NCBI GenBank assembly: GCA_963701295.1 | Contig: OY969585.1 | Span: forward strand, 3,488,001-3,552,000 | Direction of reading: 5' to 3' | Source: Ignavibacteriota bacterium | Lineage (GTDB): Bacteria > Bacteroidota > Ignavibacteria > UBA10030 | Length of the DNA: 64,000 nucleotides | Part shown: positions 45,413-55,537 of the stretch, in pieces | How the letters are laid out: the number at the start of each line of letters is the position of its first letter | Numbering within the stretch: position 1 is the first letter of the stretch | The notes under the pieces: generated by a model | The model's database searches: none | Told to the model about the DNA's origin: nothing | Seen by the model: only the letters and a program-made list of their open reading frames with translations | Position numbers and translations under genes: made by a program

Positions 45413-45953
45413 ACCTAACGGATGGCGGCTAAGTCCCGATTTGATCTTCGATCAAATCGAGTATCCCGTACAGCGGGACTGACGTGCTGATAACTTTTGC
45501 GCCAGAGGCGCATGTGCCTTGGGCACACAATATACACAAAACGAACAAAGTTCATTCTAAAAAGTTTATTATTAATAACCAAACCTCTGCTCGCCATGCT
45601 TGGCGTACCACACCTGCCCCGCGTTTTTGCAGGGCTCATTCCGTTAGCTTGAATATTATGACAAAGTCAAGCCGATTTCAAGAGTACCAAATTGACCGAT
45701 TTGTAATTCGGAATATAACCGACTCCGACCACACTAACGCACACACCACCAGGTGAAACGAGCTTTCTCCATTGAATAGCCTTTGCTGACGTACATACTA
45801 TCTAGCTTCTGCGACTTGAAGAGTTGGGTCTTCTTCAAGCTGTAGGCTCGATGCGCCTTGAGCCGCGTTAGACTTCTTCAACTCTTCCTTGGTGTATGAC
45901 TTGTGTACCTTCCGTTATTTATGTCTTTAGTCTAATGGAACCGCTGGTTATGT
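45413..45953 (-). repeat. attC interrupted by three insertions
   Basis: acctaacggatggcggctaag...ttccgttagcttgaa[287-bp element]ccgctggttatgt. Confidence 0.8.
45651..45940 (-). mobile_element. Non-autonomous IS110-family element (bridge RNA plus ends, no transposase)
   Basis: GAA repeated at both ends; removal restores the attC; junction promoter TTGACT-N17-TAGACT; internal guides match target and donor; residual transposase-like tail YIPNYKSVNLVLLKSA*. Confidence 0.75.
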
Positions 45954-45963
45954 TGCAATTGTT

Positions 45964-47276
45964 TCATCTAAGTAAAACAAGTTTCTTCGTTTCTGTAAAT
46001 GTTCCGGCTTGCAAACGATAAAAATAAATTCCGCTCGACATATTTGCCGCATTCCATTGTTTAGAACAATTTCCCGCTGACATTTCTTCCGAGACAAGTG
46101 TTGCAACTTCTCTTCCTAATAAATCAAATACTTTTAATGATACAAACGATTCTTTTGGAAGATCATAAGAAATAGTAGTTGTTGGATTAAATGGATTGGG
46201 ATAATTCTGACTCAGAGTAAATCTCTTTGGCTGAGAAGAAGGTTGCTTTACATTAGTCATTAAATCAGAAAGAGGCCGCCTCCACGCACCGCCACCCTCA
46301 GTTCCGACCAAGAGATCCTTGCCGCCTTTCCCATCGGGAGATACGGTGACAGTCCAGTCCCAAGGGTTCATCGAGGCCGAATGAATGTCAGTCCAATGAG
46401 CACCGTTGTCAGTAGAAAAAAAGACACCGCCACCCCATGTCCCAACAAAGATATTTGTGTCACCTGTCTCTTCGGGAGATACGGCGATTGAATTGATAAA
46501 AGTGGTTGTGAGACCGGAATTAACGGCAGTCCAATTAATGCCGTTGTTTGTGGAAAGAAAGATCCCATTATGTGTACCTGCAAAAAGATTCGTTCCACTA
46601 ACAGCAAGAGCATTTACATTGGTATTAGCTAGACCTGAGTTGACGGCAGTCCAATACGTGCCGTTATTGGTAGAAAGAAAGACTCCGCCACCCTGAGTCC
46701 CGGCAAAGATATTTGAGCTGTCCGTTCCGTTTTGGGTTACGGCCAGAGCATAGACTGTATCGTTCGTCAAACCAGAATTGACAGCAGTCCAGTGTGTCCA
46801 ACTTGACCCGTTAAAGGCTGAGCGAAATATCCCGTTGCCTTTAGTACCGACAAAGAGATTTAAGCTATCGGTCCTTCCAGGTGATGGACTCACGGCAAGT
46901 GACCAAATATCCGTGTTCGATATACCGGAATCGACTGCAGTCCAATTTGTCCATCCAGTTCCATTATAGATCGATAGAAAAACCCCATGGTGAAATGTGC
47001 CTGCAAAGAGAAGCGTGTCAGATGCTGTAAGAACAGTGGCAACAATATTCGTAGATCCAAATGGATCCCAGCGTGTTCCATTGTTAGTCGATAGAAAGGC
47101 TCCACCATCGGTTGTTGAAAAGAGATACGTGCCGCCTGCCCCGTTTGGAACGACGGCAAAAGAAAGAACAGCATAATTAGTTAACCCGGAATCAATAGCA
47201 GTCCATTGAGCAGAAGTTTCAGCCGGCAAAAAGAACAATCCACCAATGAATAAAACAGCAACGAAAAGAACTTCAT
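45964..47276 (-). CDS. Beta-propeller (BNR/YVTN-like repeat) protein with T9SS C-terminal domain
   Basis: Repeats GVFLSTNNGxxWTAVNSGL; QNYPNPFNPTTTI...KKLVLLR. True start likely ATG 47276 after GAGGA, with a 1-bp homopolymer slip; the track's extension runs into the attC. Confidence 0.85.
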
Positions 47277-47326
47277 AAGATTTTCCTCTTTTAATTGTTC
47301 TTTTTAGGTAATTAAATAAGAATGCA

Positions 47327-47512
47327 ACATAACGGACGGGCGCTAAGCTGCGGCGCTGCAAACGTTCAACATGCTGATAACGGAACAAATTCATTGTACT
47401 TATTTTCATATTAAAGCAAAATCTCTGCTTGTCATGCTAATTGTAGCGAACCTGCCCGCCATACTTTATATTTTGGCGCGCTCATTCCGTCAACTTGAGC
47501 GCCCGGTCAGGC
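47327..47512 (-). repeat. attC site (186 bp)
   Basis: acataacggacgggcgctaagctgcgg...ttccgtcaacttgagcgcccggtcaggc; stop of the upstream ORF lies in R''. Confidence 0.88.
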
Positions 47513-47917
47513 GGTAATTTTATCCTTTCTATCTAAATATTCAGCCAATGACAAAAATTTCTTCGGCCATACATATCCATTCTCTTCGCTTAGGAGCACT
47601 CCAATTCCTTTTACCGAAGAATTATCAATCGGTCCATAGACGTGTGGAAAAACCGATGAAGTACTTATATGCTGTGTTCCAGCTCCTTTTTCCGGTGCTG
47701 CCGATTCGTATTTTGTTTGTGATTTTAACTTTAATGGATCGATTTTGAGAAGTAATAATTTATCCTCAACATTCGAATAATAATCATTGGCAACTGAGAT
47801 TACTGAAGCTTCGAGTGCGCAATGAACAAAACCATTTTCGTCAAAATCGATAGGGATATAACTATCTCCTTTGATTAAATGCAGATAGTCTTTTTCTTTT
47901 ACGATATGATAAATCAT
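47507..47917 (-). CDS. DUF952-family protein
   Basis: MIYHI, GFVHC, LLLKID, FPHVYGPI. Confidence 0.85.
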   Translation of the reverse strand: MIYHIVKEKDYLHLIKGDSYIPIDFDENGFVHCALEASVISVANDYYSNVEDKLLLLKIDPLKLKSQTKYESAAPEKGAGTQHISTSSVFPHVYGPIDNSSVKGIGVLLSEENGYVWPKKFLSLAEYLDRKDKITA

Positions 47918-47939
47918 TTCTAATTCTTTCTAAATTATC

Positions 47940-48170
47940 GCCTAACGGACGGCAACTAAGCTGCCGCAACGAGAAGCCGCAAGTTGCTGAATACAATCCA
48001 AGTTTATTCTGAAAAGTTTATTATTAAATATCTGAACCTCTACGCGCCATGCTTAATGTACCCATTTACCCGCCATGCTTTATCTTTGGGCGGGCGCTCA
48101 TTCATAATTAGTATCACGCTTCGCGTGATTCATTCTTCTCGACAAGCCGAGCTTGAGCGCCTGGTTAGGC
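47940..48170 (-). repeat. attC site (231 bp, with a hairpin insertion)
   Basis: gcctaacggacggcaactaagctgccg...agcttgagcgcctggttaggc. Confidence 0.85.
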
Positions 48171-48338
48171 GATGCTGGTGAACAACACTCACAGAATTGA
48201 TCCTGGAACCGTCAATCTTCGTAATAAGGATAAGGACATTAAAAAATAATTCTGTGAATTTATCAGTACTCCACAATCGTTGAGCCACGCCAAATGAAAG
48301 TGAAGAAACCTGAAAAAGAGTCGACCTATTATGGAATA

Positions 48339-48618
48339 TTATCCCATTAGCTTATCGAAGTCTTCCACACTTACCGCTGGTGCTGTACGAAACGCAATCC
48401 CTAATAATTTAGTCAAGGCTACTGAGATCTTCATCGCTTGCTCAAAATCAGGCAGATCTATGATAAGAACTAAATCTAATTCCCCGAGCAGTGCAATATC
48501 CAGCCTTGATCTTTCCACCATGCTTCTTGATTAAAGCGTTGGCTTTATCGGTGCGTTTCGCGCTGATTGACTTTAGCGCATCTTGTGAGTAATTACCAAA
48601 CATCAGAAAAGTAGTCAT
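48339..48618 (-). CDS. GYD-domain protein; 1-bp frameshift near 48496
   Basis: MTTFLMFGNYS...GGKIKAGY joined to ALLGELDLVLIIDLPD. Confidence 0.75.
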
Positions 48619-48728
48619 ATCAATCTCTCCTTTCTTTTGGTGTTTGAGGACGCGACTACCATGACTCATTGGGATTCTCCAGGCAAATTTGACCTGAGAG
48701 CGGATAATAATTAAAGTGAAAGTTTCTT

Positions 48729-48763
48729 TCTAACATGGGCGGACTCTCATAAAGTGGTCAGGC
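48729..48763 (-). repeat. Collapsed attC remnant
   Basis: tctaac...ggtcaggc; the following gtcaggcaaagtatttt is complementary (with G-T wobbles) to aaaacatttcgcctaac at 49541-49557. Confidence 0.5.
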
Positions 48764-48779
48764 AAAGTATTTTGCATAA

Positions 48780-49496
48780 TCAAAAACTATAACTTAACTG
48801 AAGTTGTAGACCATTCTTACTCGGTACAATGTTGAAATTGTACTGTTTCTTTTCCATTATTTTGTTGTAGAGTTGTTCGTTATACTTGTCAACCTGAGCA
48901 GAAGCATCTATCGCTTCCCAAACAGCAGAAACAAGGGCAACTCCAAACCCGATATAAAACCAAGCGGTAATTCTTGTTTCCGTATTGTAATAATAATTCC
49001 AGGAGTATCCATATGGATTCGGAGTTGAGTAAACATCTGACGTATAGCCGGCAGTTAATGCAAGAACAACTCCGCCCACTCTAGCAGCAGAGAAGAGAAG
49101 TCCTCGTCCCCAATTGCCGGCGTACAAATGTCCAGTGCTCGTGAGGAGAATCGAAAGAAGAACAGCCGTGGTGGGACTTTTCTTTTCATTCTCGTAGTAT
49201 ATCATTTTTTGAGCATCGGATTGACTACTTGATTCCTGCTGACGCGGCTGTTGCTGAATCTGTGAATCGGTTGAAACCTTCTCTTTGGTGAACTTGAGTA
49301 TGTTGCTATATTTTACTGTTAATGTTGATCCTCCAATCAATTCAATTTTCACATATTTCTTTGGAACGTTTTCGATTATCGTTCCCTTGAGAATGTCTCC
49401 ATTTTTGAGATAGATAACATCTATACGCTCTTGTCCAAGAGCATAAAACAAGGGGAAGAGAATTAGAACAACGATTGCGATTAGATTGCTTTTCAT
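48780..49496 (-). CDS. Exported/membrane hypothetical protein (DVIYLKNG N-domain + hydrophobic C-domain)
   Basis: Likely start MKSNLIA; signal peptide; KSPTTAVLLSILL..GHLYAG. Confidence 0.7.
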   Translation of the reverse strand: MKSNLIAIVVLILFPLFYALGQERIDVIYLKNGDILKGTIIENVPKKYVKIELIGGSTLTVKYSNILKFTKEKVSTDSQIQQQPRQQESSSQSDAQKMIYYENEKKSPTTAVLLSILLTSTGHLYAGNWGRGLLFSAARVGGVVLALTAGYTSDVYSTPNPYGYSWNYYYNTETRITAWFYIGFGVALVSAVWEAIDASAQVDKYNEQLYNKIMEKKQYNFNIVPSKNGLQLQLSYSF

Positions 49497-49550
49497 TGAA
49501 GTATCCTTTCGATTTTTAGACATCGTTATGATCCGGATATAAAACATTTC

Positions 49551-49769
49551 GCCTAACGGATGGGCGCTAAGCTGCGGCGCTGAGAACTTTCAAATTGTAC
49601 GAAACGAAACAAGTTCATTCGCAAAACCAAATTAATAAACACTCAACTTAATAATTACAATAAACAAAATTAACTAACGAGAACCCACAACAAGTCATGT
49701 TTAACGTACCACGCTTGCCCGCCGCATTTTTGGCGGGCTCATTCCGTCAGCTTGAGCGCCTGGTGAAGC
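49551..49769 (-). repeat. attC site (219 bp)
   Basis: gcctaacggatgggcgctaagctgcgg...ttccgtcagcttgagcgcctggtgaagc. Confidence 0.85.
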
Positions 49770-49780
49770 GGGCAAGCTTT

Positions 49781-50590
49781 TTACCTTTTCTGCTGATTAT
49801 ATTCGTTCACATACTTTGCAATTTCCAGCATTGGGGCAATCCATATCTGTCCTTCGTTTTCTTTGATAAAATGCAGCAATTTGCTATGTGCCTCCAAAGA
49901 AACATTCAGCGAATGTTCACCCCCGACTCCATGAAAAAGGAATACAATAAGGGAGTTACTCTCCATTGCTTTCTTCACCAAAGCAATAAGCACATCACCA
50001 GGTTCTCCGTTAATCATATAGGATCCGATATCGTATAAATCAATTTCATTGATTCTTTTCATTTTTCCCTCTACACCTCTCGCCGCAATAAACGTCCTTT
50101 TTATTTTCGGTACATACGATGAATCACCTGCATGAGTATCTCCACATGGATATGCGAATGTTCTCATTTTCTCTCCATCGATAGCATTCAATAAAACATT
50201 GGTCATATCAATTTCGTCGCTCATTCGTTGCATTGAATATGAATGGAGATCATAATCAGGTTGAACCCATTTTCTATCAGGTCTATTTCCTTCGCAAGGA
50301 TGAAATAATGTATGATTTCCAAGCTCATTTCCTTTCGATGCGATGATTTTCCATTCAGCTGATCGTTCGCGAAACCCTTGGAAAAATCCTGATATATAAA
50401 ATGTTGCCTTTAGACCAAGAGAATCTAATAGAGGAACAACATGATCTAGATGCACATTCAAAGCATCGTCATATGTAAGACAAACTGCACATCTCTTATT
50501 GTGCCATATGGTATTTTCTTGTGCATGTACTAGCGCTGCCATAAGAGTGATAATAAAACAAAACAATATCAATATTCGTGTTATTTTCAT
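49781..50590 (-). CDS. Polysaccharide deacetylase (CE4/NodB-like)
   Basis: LTYDD, ELGNHTLFH, FAYPCG, FLFHGVG; signal peptide. Confidence 0.85.
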   Translation of the reverse strand: MKITRILILFCFIITLMAALVHAQENTIWHNKRCAVCLTYDDALNVHLDHVVPLLDSLGLKATFYISGFFQGFRERSAEWKIIASKGNELGNHTLFHPCEGNRPDRKWVQPDYDLHSYSMQRMSDEIDMTNVLLNAIDGEKMRTFAYPCGDTHAGDSSYVPKIKRTFIAARGVEGKMKRINEIDLYDIGSYMINGEPGDVLIALVKKAMESNSLIVFLFHGVGGEHSLNVSLEAHSKLLHFIKENEGQIWIAPMLEIAKYVNEYNQQKR

Positions 50591-50603
50591 CTGAAAGGAT
50601 CCC

Positions 50604-51527
50604 TTAGTTTATAATTTTATTCTTTCTGAGAAATTCTCGTATCGCTGCAAAACTGTCTATAAATGATTGCCGGGAAAAACCACCATGCATTGCACCTTGA
50701 ATTGTAACCAATTTATTGGGCACACCTATTGAATCTAGAGCCGCATGAAATTTTACGGTATTATCATATACTGAAACATCATCTTTACTCCCCTGAATAG
50801 ATATAATAGGAGGAAGTCCTGGACGCACATAGTTGATAGGCGATAACTGCTTAGCAAGCTCCTTACGATTTTCAATGCTGCCAAACCATTCAATTGCATA
50901 ATGTTTTGCACTTGGGCCGTCAAGAAGATCGGCAACATCGGTTATGCCGTACCAATTAATGATAGCAGCGACATGAATCTGCAATTCGTCCGCTTTATTC
51001 CAGCGAACACTATTATCGGTGGGATACCGACGATCAAATGCCGATTGTGCTTGTAGCATCCCCGTCATCAATGCTAAGTGTCCACCTGCTGATCCGCCAG
51101 TAAGGACAATCTTCGACGTATCAACATTATATTCTTTAGCATGAGAAACGAGCCAGCGAAGAGCGCATCGACAATCTTCAACAGCTGCAGGTGCTAACGA
51201 ATTTCGGGCTAAACGATATTCCACATTGATAACAACCCAGCCAAGTGACAAATATGGCAGAAGCTGCAGAACATTGCGTTCCTTCTGGCCTTCAACCCAA
51301 CCGCCACCGTGGAAAAGTAATAATGCTGGCACAGTGGTATTCATTGTCTTAGGCAAGTAGAGATCAAGTTTTAAATCTGTATTATTTGCTGTCGAATAGA
51401 CAATATTGGGATATATTTCATATTCATCAGATGCATAGTCAATCCAAGGATCTGTACTTATTGATTGTGTGTGGCATACTGTTGTAAACAAAAGGACTAT
51501 GAGGGTTAAAGAATTATATCTGATCAT
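50604..51527 (-). CDS. Secreted alpha/beta hydrolase (acetyl/feruloyl esterase-like)
   Basis: HGGGW, EYRL, GGSAGGHL; start MIRYN at 51527 after GGAG. Confidence 0.85.
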   Translation of the reverse strand: MIRYNSLTLIVLLFTTVCHTQSISTDPWIDYASDEYEIYPNIVYSTANNTDLKLDLYLPKTMNTTVPALLLFHGGGWVEGQKERNVLQLLPYLSLGWVVINVEYRLARNSLAPAAVEDCRCALRWLVSHAKEYNVDTSKIVLTGGSAGGHLALMTGMLQAQSAFDRRYPTDNSVRWNKADELQIHVAAIINWYGITDVADLLDGPSAKHYAIEWFGSIENRKELAKQLSPINYVRPGLPPIISIQGSKDDVSVYDNTVKFHAALDSIGVPNKLVTIQGAMHGGFSRQSFIDSFAAIREFLRKNKIIN

Positions 51528-51554
51528 AACTACTCCATAAAATAAATTTGATAA

Positions 51555-51636
51555 TCTGCTTGCCAGCCGTCTTTTTGGCGGGCTCATTCCGTCAGCTTGT
51601 CACGAAATGACCACTTCGTGAAGCGCCTGGTTAGGT
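51555..51636 (-). repeat. Partial attC (R''/L'' arm with a 22-bp palindrome inserted)
   Basis: gggctcattccgtcagcttg[tcacgaaatgaccacttcgtga]agcgcctggttaggt. Confidence 0.8.
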
Positions 51637-51650
51637 TGTGTTTTGCCGAT

Positions 51651-52340
51651 TTATTTTTTCTGTTTAAGCATCCATTCATATATTTCAGGATTCTTTTCAT
51701 AGAGAAACTGTAAATGATGTCCTTCATTTTCTAAGCGTGTATATTTGATATTACCATTGCATTTTTTCAATGCGTTTACTATTCGCTCTGTTTCGCTAAT
51801 TGGAATTATAGTATCTGCTGTTCCATGAAAAGCCCAAATAGGAGTATTTTTGAGATTACAAATTCTTGAAGTGTCGCTATCAAAACATCCGCCACATAGG
51901 GGAATTAAGGCAGCAAATTTATCAGGATAATCCATTCCGACCCCATAGACACCGTATCCGCCCATGCTTATTCCTGTAACATATACTCTGGTACTATCAA
52001 TCTTATACTTAGTAATTAAATCCAAATATAAACTATCGAACCAATCCTCTAATGTCCAATATTTGTCGTCAGGGCATTGTGGTGAAGCAATGATAAAATC
52101 AAAGTTCTGTCCCTTCTCAATAAGATAAGGCAAGCCATACCCTTTTAACTTGTTTAAATCGTTTCCTCTTTGTGAGGCGCCATGTAAATAAATTACAAGC
52201 GGATACTTATTTGTCTGCTTAGAACAGTCTCTTGGTAAATACAGCAGATAACTATAATTCGCTTTTGTCTTTATCTGCGAATAGGAATAAACATGAAAAG
52301 AAAGAAGTAAAATAAAAAAGAATCTCAATTTGCTTTTCAT
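51651..52340 (-). CDS. Phospholipase/carboxylesterase (peptidase S9-like)
   Basis: YLHGA, SPQCP, GISMGG, FHGTAD, GH. Confidence 0.85.
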   Translation of the reverse strand: MKSKLRFFFILLLSFHVYSYSQIKTKANYSYLLYLPRDCSKQTNKYPLVIYLHGASQRGNDLNKLKGYGLPYLIEKGQNFDFIIASPQCPDDKYWTLEDWFDSLYLDLITKYKIDSTRVYVTGISMGGYGVYGVGMDYPDKFAALIPLCGGCFDSDTSRICNLKNTPIWAFHGTADTIIPISETERIVNALKKCNGNIKYTRLENEGHHLQFLYEKNPEIYEWMLKQKK

Positions 52341-52367
52341 CTGGTTGAATGCTTTTCTCAAAACGCA

Positions 52368-52556
52368 ACCTAACGGACCGGCGCTAAGTTGCGCCGCTGA
52401 TAACTTTCAAAGTGTACTACACGAAACGAGTTCATGCTGAAAAATTTATTATTAAGAACCGAAACTTATGCAAGCCATGCTTAACGTACCCATTTACCCG
52501 CCATGCTTTATTTTTGGGCGGGCGTTCATTCCGTCAGCTTGAGCGCCTGGTTATGT
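52368..52556 (-). repeat. attC site (189 bp)
   Basis: acctaacggaccggcgctaagttgcg...ttccgtcagcttgagcgcctggttatgt. Confidence 0.9.
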
Positions 52557-52565
52557 GCAATTGCA

Positions 52566-54053
52566 TTATTTCAGTAGAATAAGTTTCTTTGTTTCAGTAA
52601 ACGCTCCGGCTTGCAATCGATAAAAATAAATTCCACTCAATACATTTACTGCATTCCACTGCTTAGAATGACTTCCTGCCGACATTTCTTCAGAGACAAC
52701 AGTTGCTACTTCTCTTCCAATAATATCAAATACCTTCAACGAAACAAATGATTTTGATGGAAGACGAAAAGAGATAGTCGTCGATGGATTGAACGGATTT
52801 GGATAATTTTGAGACAGTGAATAACCTTTGACGATGGTACTCCCATCCGTTGGGACATCTGTTGTATTTACCGGAATCCATGAAATAATGATTCTGTAGC
52901 CGGTAAAATTATACGTAGAGCCGCTTACAGCAAGAGGAAAGTTGTAATCTGTCGGTACCCATGAAGAACCGGACCACAATGTATTATTTCCCGTAAGCTC
53001 ATTCCCATGTGCATCGTAGGTGAAGGTGGATTGCCGATAATTTGTCCATAGCCCATTTAGCCAGTCTTGAATTAATTCATTAACCATATTTCCATTTGGA
53101 TCGTACGTGTATGTGTAGAGCGATCCATTCATCCACGTTTCATTTGTCCATCCCTTTAACCAATCTGTAAGCATTTTTCCATTCGCATCGTAGGTGTACG
53201 TGTGGAGCGTTGAATTTGTCCATTGCCCATTAGCCGAGTTCTGTAAGAGAAAACTAAGCATATTTCCGTTCGCATCGTAGGTGTAGGTGGATAGTGTTGC
53301 ATTTTCCCATTGCCCATTCCAAACCTGCATCAAGCCGGTAAGCATGTGCCCATTTCCATCATAGGTATAGGTCCACTGTTCTGAATTTGTCCACTTACCG
53401 GACAACCATTGCTCAAACAAAAAAGTTAGGTGATTCCCGCTGTTGTCATTGGTGTAAGTGCTTCGATCATGATTTACCCATTGCCCATTTGTCATGTACT
53501 CACCTAAATTAGTAAGCATACCCCCATTTGCATCATAAGTGCGAACGCTAAAAATAGAATCCTTTCTTACCCCTCCAGACCAATAACTAAACAAATGAAC
53601 AAGCATATTGCCCTTTGCATCAAAGGTTGAGCTGTCTAATGTTGAATTTACCCATTGCCCATTCAGCCACATCTGCTCCAGATCAATGCTGTTATCATTC
53701 GCACCAAAGTATGTCCAGGTGTCCAGCATATAATTTCCCCAATTCCCATTCACCCAAGCTTTTACTAATCTTTGAGTAGTTGAACCCTTCTGGTCATAAG
53801 AAGCAGTTATGAGTATAGTATCTTCCATTGAATAAAGTGTTAATGAATCAGGAAGATAAATTTGAGCATTAGGAGCAGTTTTTTTGTTTAATCCTGAGTT
53901 AAGCTGAGCTTGTTTATTGAAGATAGGTCCGGAACCATGCTTTTGTTGAGCCGCCATTTTTTCTATGTTCAAGCTCTGTGTCCCTTGTGCTCTGAGATTG
54001 TGTGCAGGTATAATGAAGAACATAACTGCAAGAATTGCCAAAAAAAGTTTCAT
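52566..54053 (-). CDS. YD-like repeat protein with T9SS C-terminal domain
   Basis: About 9 repeats of WxN....TYTYDANGNML; QNYPNPFNPSTTI...KKLILLK. Confidence 0.85.
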   Translation of the reverse strand: MKLFLAILAVMFFIIPAHNLRAQGTQSLNIEKMAAQQKHGSGPIFNKQAQLNSGLNKKTAPNAQIYLPDSLTLYSMEDTILITASYDQKGSTTQRLVKAWVNGNWGNYMLDTWTYFGANDNSIDLEQMWLNGQWVNSTLDSSTFDAKGNMLVHLFSYWSGGVRKDSIFSVRTYDANGGMLTNLGEYMTNGQWVNHDRSTYTNDNSGNHLTFLFEQWLSGKWTNSEQWTYTYDGNGHMLTGLMQVWNGQWENATLSTYTYDANGNMLSFLLQNSANGQWTNSTLHTYTYDANGKMLTDWLKGWTNETWMNGSLYTYTYDPNGNMVNELIQDWLNGLWTNYRQSTFTYDAHGNELTGNNTLWSGSSWVPTDYNFPLAVSGSTYNFTGYRIIISWIPVNTTDVPTDGSTIVKGYSLSQNYPNPFNPSTTISFRLPSKSFVSLKVFDIIGREVATVVSEEMSAGSHSKQWNAVNVLSGIYFYRLQAGAFTETKKLILLK

Positions 54054-54100
54054 AACATCCTCCTTTTTAAATAAAAAGTTAAAAAATTAGTATTTAGTTT

Positions 54101-54249
54101 ACATAATATACTAAACGAAACAAGTTCATGCTGATAACCAAATTAATTTATCCCCAACCAACGAGGTACCGAAAAGGTAATAATAAAAACGTCAACCCAC
54201 CATTAGCCATGAATTTTGCAGTGCGCTCTTACCGTCAGCTTGAGCGCCT
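54101..54249 (-). repeat. attC body (R'/L' arm deleted), split by IS110; its R'' box is displaced to 55606-55612
   Basis: gaaacaagttcat...gccatgaattttgc...ccgtcagcttgagcgcCT | ggttaggc. Confidence 0.8.
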
Positions 54250-54264
54250 GGTATGTTGAGTCTG

Positions 54265-54475
54265 TGACAATTATTTTCGTATCCTAATCCATTGGCAAAG
54301 TCATAGGAGAGATAGGAGCCGCTAGATATCTTCCCAGAAGAATATCGTTAACCAGATACATCTCCCTATGACTTTCCGCTTCTCAAGAATCTGAACAGTA
54401 CTTTGAGATCCATATTTCTTTCCCGTGGAATCCCGTATAACGCACGAGTCAAGATCACAAGGAAGCTGCCAATGT
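54265..54475 (+). ncRNA. Predicted bridge RNA of the IS110 element
   Basis: Outer stem ATTGGCA/TGCCAAT; stem AAAGTCATAGG/CCTATGACTTT enclosing GAGCCGCT and TAACCAG; second loop with ACAGTAC. Confidence 0.75.
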
Positions 54476-54513
54476 ATTTCTTCTCTTAACCTCTATTTCA
54501 AGGAGCTTTTGCT

Positions 54514-55537
54514 ATGACGATCTTAAAACAAACCATCGGTATCGATGTCTCTTACAAATCCTTCGATGCCAGATTCGGTACCATCAATACTCAACAAGAA
54601 ATAAACCTATCTGCTTCAAAATCCTTCAAAAACTCACTCGCAGGATTCAAACTCTTTCTGCGATGGCTCAAGAAATATATCCTCTCCGACGATATTCCTC
54701 TGGTCTTTGTCATGGAAGCTACTGGCGTCTATTACGAACACCTCTCTCACTTCCTCTTCCAGCAGGGGTATCAAGTTGCCGTTATCCTGCCCAATAAAAT
54801 TAGAAATTATGCCAAATCTCTCGAATCCAAATCCAAAACCGATCCTCATCGATGCCGCCGTCATTACTCGATTTGGCCTTGAACGACAACTCTCACTCTG
54901 GATGCCGCCTTCAGAGACTATAAAAACTCTGCGCGATCTCTGCAGGGAATACCACTGCCTCAAAGCTAACTGCACGCAAATTAAGAATCAACTCCACGCT
55001 CTCCAATCTTCCTTCAAGCCGCACAGAGAGTCCTTCAAACGCAAAACCCAACTCCTCAAATTCCTCGAACGGCAGGTCGCGCTTATTAAAAAGGAACTTC
55101 TCGCCTTAGTCAAGACCGAGCCTGATCTTCTGGCCCAGCGTCTCAAGAAAATCAAAACAGCTAAAGGCCTCGGCGATATGACCATCCTCACCGTCCTATC
55201 TGAAACTCGCTGCTTTGAGCTTGTCTCCAATCAAAAGCAGCTTACCAGCTACGCTGGTTTCGACATCGTCTTTAACGACTCTGGCTTGAAGAAAGGAAAA
55301 ACTTCTATCTCAAAAAAGGGCAATAAGTTTATCCGTAAAGCTCTCTTTATGCCTGCCATCTCTGCCTGCCGGGCTAATCCTGATCTCAAAGAACTCTATC
55401 AACGTCTTATTGCTAAAGGCAAAAATAAAAAACTTGCCATCGTTGCTGTCGCTCGTAAATTATTACTCCTGATCTCCACGCTCTGGAAATCTAATTCTGT
55501 TTACGTCCCCACTTATAAACCGATCCAACTCGTTTAA
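54514..55537 (+). CDS. IS110 transposase/bridge recombinase; 1-bp frameshift near 54847
   Basis: IGIDVS, VMEATGVY, KTDP-IDA, DSG, ISKKGNKFIRKALFM, AVARKLL. Confidence 0.92.

Noticed and set aside
45415-45756. Track ORFs 45415..45639 and 45484..45756 (also 47984..48181, 49697..50038)
   Set aside because: They are translations of attC repeats or the mini-element, with no RBS or recognisable domain.
47277-47409. N-terminal extensions of ORFs 45964..47409 and 50604..51587
   Set aside because: They run through attC sequence; better RBS-ATG starts exist downstream.
52960-53700. YD repeats as an RHS toxin or DGR target
   Set aside because: No RHS core cleavage motif, toxin tip, immunity gene or reverse transcriptase; the C-terminus is a T9SS CTD.
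54830-54860. Programmed frameshift in the IS110 transposase
   Set aside because: No slippery sequence at the site, and similar 1-bp indels occur throughout the window.
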